Positions 60,018-64,000 of a DNA stretch of 64,000 bases are shown here, one piece after another. The stretch comes from an uncultured Bacteroidia bacterium. GTDB lineage: Bacteria > Bacteroidota > Bacteroidia > Bacteroidales > CAJPTX01. A program made the translations under genes and the position numbers. How positions within the stretch are numbered: position 1 is the first letter of the stretch; each line of letters begins with the position of its first letter. The stretch lies in assembly GCA_963540065.1 (NCBI GenBank), contig CAUTNK010000007.1:32065-96064 (forward strand), given 5' to 3'. The notes under the pieces are model-generated. The model saw only the letters and a list, made by a program, of their open reading frames with translations, had not been told where the DNA came from and ran no database searches.

Positions 60018-60056
60018 AGCGATGGATTTCTTTGAATCTATCGCTTTTTTATTTTT
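60018..60056 (+). terminator. Rho-independent terminator ending at the start codon of the next gene
   Basis: An 11-bp stem pairs agcgatggatt (60018..60028) with aatctatcgct (60035..60045), including one G-U. It is followed by tttttattttt, then ATG 60057. Confidence 0.7.
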
Positions 60057-62303
60057 ATGAAAGAGATGCGTCGATTACCACTGATATTGTCGTTTTTTGC
60101 TTTCGTTGCTACTTCGCTACAAGCTCAAGTTCGGATACAGTTCCGGAGTGGCGAGGAACCCATTCCCAATTTAGGGGTTCAGGTAACTGCATGTTCGCAG
60201 GCGAAGGGTTATACCACCGATAGCGTGGGGTGTATTCTGGTAGCACTGCCAGCAGATTGTTCGCAATTGCACTTACAATTCCAAGATATTACTTACGGTA
60301 CGTTGGATACCGTATGCCAAGTAGGACAGACCGATGCCCTGTTGATCCAGTTGCAGGAAGAGGCACGAGATATAGACGAGGTTCGAGTTGGTGGCTACTA
60401 TTCTAATATAAAGGAGACGGCGTTAGGGCGGGAATACAAGATTAATGGCGAAAAATACCTTCCCAATACACCCATTCCTACGGGGTTGCAACGGCTTCCT
60501 AATTTTATTAAATCGGGCGATGATGTCATCATCGAAGGTAAATCTACTTCGCCCACTTATTACTTGGATGGGAAGGAGGTTCCGACTCAGATTATTCAGA
60601 CACTGGATATACAGTTGGTAGATCGTGTAGAGGTGCGCGAGGTTTCTGCCGATCCGTCTAAGGTGGGCGGTGAGGTTTGGATTTATCGTAAAGAAGTAAA
60701 AGACAGTTTCCTAACGGGTACTATTGGCGGTGAGGTTAACATGCCTCTGAACTACAATCAGCTAGGTTATGGTAGCATGCCCTCGTTAGGTTTTCAATCG
60801 CCGCGTTTTGAAGTCAATGCTGCGGGTTCGTACCGAGCTTTTGCGAGTTTGTTGCAAAAAGACTACGAATATCGTCGTACGGGATTGGCAGATAGTATTA
60901 GCAAAACAGAGGGTAAGCAACAACAGCACCAAGCAAGTGGGACGCTGCAAATGTCGTACGATTTTACGCAGCAATTCTCTGCACAGTGCGTAGGGTATTT
61001 TGATCTGATGAATCTTAACACGCGCACCACTTCGAAGTTAGACCGCGACTATTCTAATAGGCTAGGCATGCGCGAATTAGAGGCGGGTGGCGCATTAATG
61101 CTGGGGTATACCTACAACAATGCACAATTCTCGCTAACGGGTGAGTACGATTATGGGCGGAATGCCTCGTCGTTGTGGGAGTACGGACGCGATTATATCT
61201 TAAAGCAAACAGAGCAGAACCTAGCTGCCGAATTCCAAGGCTTACACCAAGACCTATTTACGCTGTGGCAAGTTAACCACAATCTGATATATTCCTATCG
61301 TTACATTGCGCGCAATAGTGTAACAGACGGCACGTTGGATCCGCGGAGTACTGCGCAGCGACTTACCTTGCAAGATTATCTGATCCTACCCCTTGAGGTA
61401 ACGTTAGTGCTTGGTTGTGCCCTCGATTACGATCGCTACGATTACGGAGAGAAACAACTTTCGATGTGGCATCCGGTACCGACAGCTGCTTTGGACTTTG
61501 GGGGAGAATGGGGGCGCCTAGCAGTCTACTACGACTATCGGATTCGGAAGCCGACGGTGGGGCACTTGGATCCACGTATTCGTTACAAAGACCGACGGGA
61601 AGGTACGCTTGGAAATCCCTCGCTGCGTCCTGCCAAGAACACTACGTATACTGCGCGATATACCAAACGTTTTGCCACGCAGTCGCTCTCACTTACGATG
61701 ACCTACGAAGACGAGAGCGATTTTATAGCTTTGATGTACACCACCGACGATTTTGTAAGCAGATTCTACAACGTGGGGCGGCAATACGCGCTGGCACCAC
61801 GGGTGTCTTACTCGGGGTTCTTTTTCGACTATTCGTTGTTTGTAAACCTGTATGCGGGGGTGAATGTGCTTCATGCTGAGCTTTATCCGAAGTATCAAGC
61901 ACTCTCGCGCGGTAAGGTTCAAAATGGGTGGTCGCCGGTAGCCAATCTCCGCTTAGAGTATCAGTTTGCAGAGCGATACAGAATCGAGGCATGGTACGGA
62001 CACTGGGGCAGATCCTATACGCTTTACTCGTACACTGAGCCAGTGGGTGATTTGGGATTACAGGTAGAAGCTAGGTTCTTGGAAAGTCGGGCATTAAAGG
62101 TTTATGCTGCAGCAAACGATTTGTTATCTGCAAGTTTTAAGAGTACGTACCGACGCGAGCTCTACGACTTTCGCGAAATGAGCACCACTTTCCGTTCGCC
62201 ACGTATTATGGTGGGTATCTCGTACAACTTCGGTCATACGTTTGAATCGCGTCTTTCGGATCCACGAATCAACATAGACGATCAGATGAACAAGCTCAAG
62301 TAA
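60057..62303 (+). CDS. Outer-membrane beta-barrel family protein (TonB-dependent-receptor-like, CarboxypepD_reg N-domain)
   Basis: Signal peptide LPLILSFFAFVATSLQAQ. Plug-like segment: YYLDGKEVPTQIIQTLDIQLVDRVEV. The long C-terminal region is rich in alternating aromatic/polar beta-strand patterns (..RIMVGISYNFG..). Confidence 0.8.
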   Translation: MKEMRRLPLILSFFAFVATSLQAQVRIQFRSGEEPIPNLGVQVTACSQAKGYTTDSVGCILVALPADCSQLHLQFQDITYGTLDTVCQVGQTDALLIQLQEEARDIDEVRVGGYYSNIKETALGREYKINGEKYLPNTPIPTGLQRLPNFIKSGDDVIIEGKSTSPTYYLDGKEVPTQIIQTLDIQLVDRVEVREVSADPSKVGGEVWIYRKEVKDSFLTGTIGGEVNMPLNYNQLGYGSMPSLGFQSPRFEVNAAGSYRAFASLLQKDYEYRRTGLADSISKTEGKQQQHQASGTLQMSYDFTQQFSAQCVGYFDLMNLNTRTTSKLDRDYSNRLGMRELEAGGALMLGYTYNNAQFSLTGEYDYGRNASSLWEYGRDYILKQTEQNLAAEFQGLHQDLFTLWQVNHNLIYSYRYIARNSVTDGTLDPRSTAQRLTLQDYLILPLEVTLVLGCALDYDRYDYGEKQLSMWHPVPTAALDFGGEWGRLAVYYDYRIRKPTVGHLDPRIRYKDRREGTLGNPSLRPAKNTTYTARYTKRFATQSLSLTMTYEDESDFIALMYTTDDFVSRFYNVGRQYALAPRVSYSGFFFDYSLFVNLYAGVNVLHAELYPKYQALSRGKVQNGWSPVANLRLEYQFAERYRIEAWYGHWGRSYTLYSYTEPVGDLGLQVEARFLESRALKVYAAANDLLSASFKSTYRRELYDFREMSTTFRSPRIMVGISYNFGHTFESRLSDPRINIDDQMNKLK

Positions 62304-62341
62304 GCGGCAGGAGAGGCGCAAGATCCGGTTAGGCGTAGATG

Positions 62342-63208
62342 TTAGCAGTTCGGGAGTGCGTCTTTTTTAACTTCCAGCAGAGTGATGTTGTGTTGTGCAC
62401 ATGCTTGTTCGAGCGCCTCGCGAAAGAAATATGCAATACTTCCTACAGCCTTCAGTTCGTGTTTCCCTTTGGGGAGGTTGGGAATAACGAGTGAAGTCAC
62501 GAAAGCTTCCATACCGTTTTGTACGAGTTGTGCACAGTACGGGTGCTCGATATGCTCAGATAGGAATGGCGCAAACGAAGCAAGAAAGCGTTGTGGGTTG
62601 GTGGATTGATAGATGGGAAGCATGAGTGGCGCTATTGACCGGAAGCCGTTGCCTTGTGTTTGTAGTCCGAGTTTTGTGCTATATTCTGTATACAGAGCTT
62701 TGGAGAGAGGTGTGGGGAGTAACCCGTAGAGCCAGTCGTGTAATAGATGTCTGACAAGCCATACCGCACTACCTTCATCGCCTAAAAAGTAACCTAACGA
62801 GGGGCGGGTGTAGTGTACGGTTTCGCCATCGTAGTAACCAGCATTGCTTCCCGTCCCGATGATGGCAACAGTGCCCGAGGCGTTACCCCATAAAGCATGT
62901 GCGGCACCGACCATATCGGAGTCTATGCGTAGTTCTGCTGCTGGGAAGAGTGTTTGTAGGGTGTTGCGGATACGATCTGGCGCTTGGTCGGTTCCGCACC
63001 CCGAACCGTAAAATTCTATAAGTGTTACGTTTGTTCTAAAACTTACGGATGGGAGGGCACTTTCTATGCTTTGCAGGAGGTGTTCCTCATCCATATAAAT
63101 GGGTGAGATACCCGGTGTAGAAAATTCGTAGCGCCGTTCGGTTTCTAAGTCGGTTACTAGCCATTTAACGCTGGTTCCGCCTGCATCTGCAAAAATTTGG
63201 TAGCGCAT
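62342..63208 (-). CDS. BadF/BadG/BcrA/BcrD-type ATPase (N-acetylglucosamine-kinase-like)
   Basis: I prefer ATG 63208 (MRYQIFADAGGTSVKW). Motifs: DAGGTS, IIGTGSNA, LGDEGSAVW. The ORF-track start at 63307 overlaps murF by 100 nt. Confidence 0.8.
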   Translation of the reverse strand: MRYQIFADAGGTSVKWLVTDLETERRYEFSTPGISPIYMDEEHLLQSIESALPSVSFRTNVTLIEFYGSGCGTDQAPDRIRNTLQTLFPAAELRIDSDMVGAAHALWGNASGTVAIIGTGSNAGYYDGETVHYTRPSLGYFLGDEGSAVWLVRHLLHDWLYGLLPTPLSKALYTEYSTKLGLQTQGNGFRSIAPLMLPIYQSTNPQRFLASFAPFLSEHIEHPYCAQLVQNGMEAFVTSLVIPNLPKGKHELKAVGSIAYFFREALEQACAQHNITLLEVKKDALPNC

Positions 63209-64000
63209 CAGAGCAAGGGTATTAAGGACTCTAAAGCTACGGAATGCGAACCCTTGAGGAGAATCAGTGCACCGCTGTAGTGCGTTAGTAGGATGTGTCG
63301 CGCGCAATCGTCAACCGTTGGGAAAAAGATAGCACCGGGTAGCAATTCCCACGTCTTACCGACGTACCATACTTCCAGTCGTGAGGTTGCTATACCTTGT
63401 ATTTGTGATTGTATTTGGGTATGTGCCGTTGCGGTTTCAGTGCCGAGTTCTTTCATTTCGCCGAGGATAAGCAGTCGATGCTCTTGGGATGGGATCTGCA
63501 TAAAGCTTTCTATGGCAAGTTGCATACTGGTGGGGTTAGCATTGTAGCAGTCTACGATGAGGCGATTGCGTCCGGTTTCGAGAAGTTGCGAGCGATGCAT
63601 ATGTGGGCTGTATTCTGCAAGCGCTTTAGCCCCGTCGGTGAGGGGGATATTGAAGTAGTGCCCCACGTGTAATGCTGCTACGGCATTGATAGTATTGTAT
63701 TCTCCGACGAGTTGCGTACGGACTTCCATAGCTTGTTTTTGCCATTCGAAGGAAAAGGTTAGGGTACCCTGGGCGGTGAGGTGCGACTGAACTTTGTAAG
63801 CTGCCAAGGAATACGTACTTGCTGCACATCCTAGGTGGATGGCTTCAGCTTCTTGGGCTATCAGGACATCGTCGCTACGTACAAATGCAAGCCCTTCGTG
63901 TGCTTTGAGATAAGCAAAGAGTTCGCTTTTAGTTTTTGCAACGCCTTCGATAGATCCAAAACCTTCTAAGTGTGCTGCACCGATCGAGGTAATAAGTCCG
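63208..64000 (-). CDS. murF: UDP-N-acetylmuramoyl-tripeptide--D-alanyl-D-alanine ligase, C-terminal part; the 5' end lies beyond the right window edge
   Basis: The frame is open from the window edge: GLITSIGAAHLEGFGSIEGVAKTKSELF... DCYNANPTSMQLAIESF...LILGEMKELG. The ORF-track M at 63807 is an internal TTG. Confidence 0.9.
   Translation of the reverse strand, partial: GLITSIGAAHLEGFGSIEGVAKTKSELFAYLKAHEGLAFVRSDDVLIAQEAEAIHLGCAASTYSLAAYKVQSHLTAQGTLTFSFEWQKQAMEVRTQLVGEYNTINAVAALHVGHYFNIPLTDGAKALAEYSPHMHRSQLLETGRNRLIVDCYNANPTSMQLAIESFMQIPSQEHRLLILGEMKELGTETATAHTQIQSQIQGIATSRLEVWYVGKTWELLPGAIFFPTVDDCARHILLTHYSGALILLKGSHSVALESLIPLL

Overview
This window looks like a chromosomal segment of a Bacteroidota genome, probably Bacteroidales and possibly Porphyromonas-like. 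That placement is an inference from T9SS C-terminal sorting domains, a SusC/SusD (RagA/RagB-like) pair, TAnnTTTG -7 promoter boxes and a DtxR-FeoA/feoB pairing. I found no rRNA, CRISPR array, transposase, integrase or prophage signal.

The left 13.5 kb holds two giant paralogous S8 subtilisin-like peptidases arranged head to head. One is a 3174-aa mosaic ending in a T9SS type A CTD. The other is missing from the ORF track because it runs off the left edge.

Next come an orphan AAA+/PD-(D/E)XK ATPase with a 46-bp tandem repeat upstream, and a membrane-anchored DtxR-FeoA-FeoA regulator overlapping feoB. After these are SRP RNA (ffs), hup, a yqhD-like ADH, an MBL hydrolase, tRNA-Arg(TCT), mscL and guaB. 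A parvulin/SurA/OstA-like envelope cluster follows.

The accessory-looking middle (30-48 kb) contains:
- a T9SS type B cargo protein;
- a Y_Y_Y/propeller sensor fused to a PP2C (SpoIIE) phosphatase, with A8/T8/(CT)6 tracts in its first 50 nt;
- a SusC/SusD pair with no adjacent enzymes;
- a Zn-type macrodomain hydrolase followed by what looks like an internally deleted sirtuin relic;
- a second (TPR) sensor-PP2C phosphatase in an operon with a 5x Ig-like repeat protein;
- a solitary Type IIG restriction-modification enzyme behind nested palindromes.

The right third is housekeeping: secA, argS, folC, a DMT transporter, thiS-thiC, pckA, an OM beta-barrel protein, a BadF-type sugar kinase and partial murF. 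It also holds one small terminator-bracketed AT-rich unit.

All calls rest on reading the sequence and recognising motifs. No searches were run.
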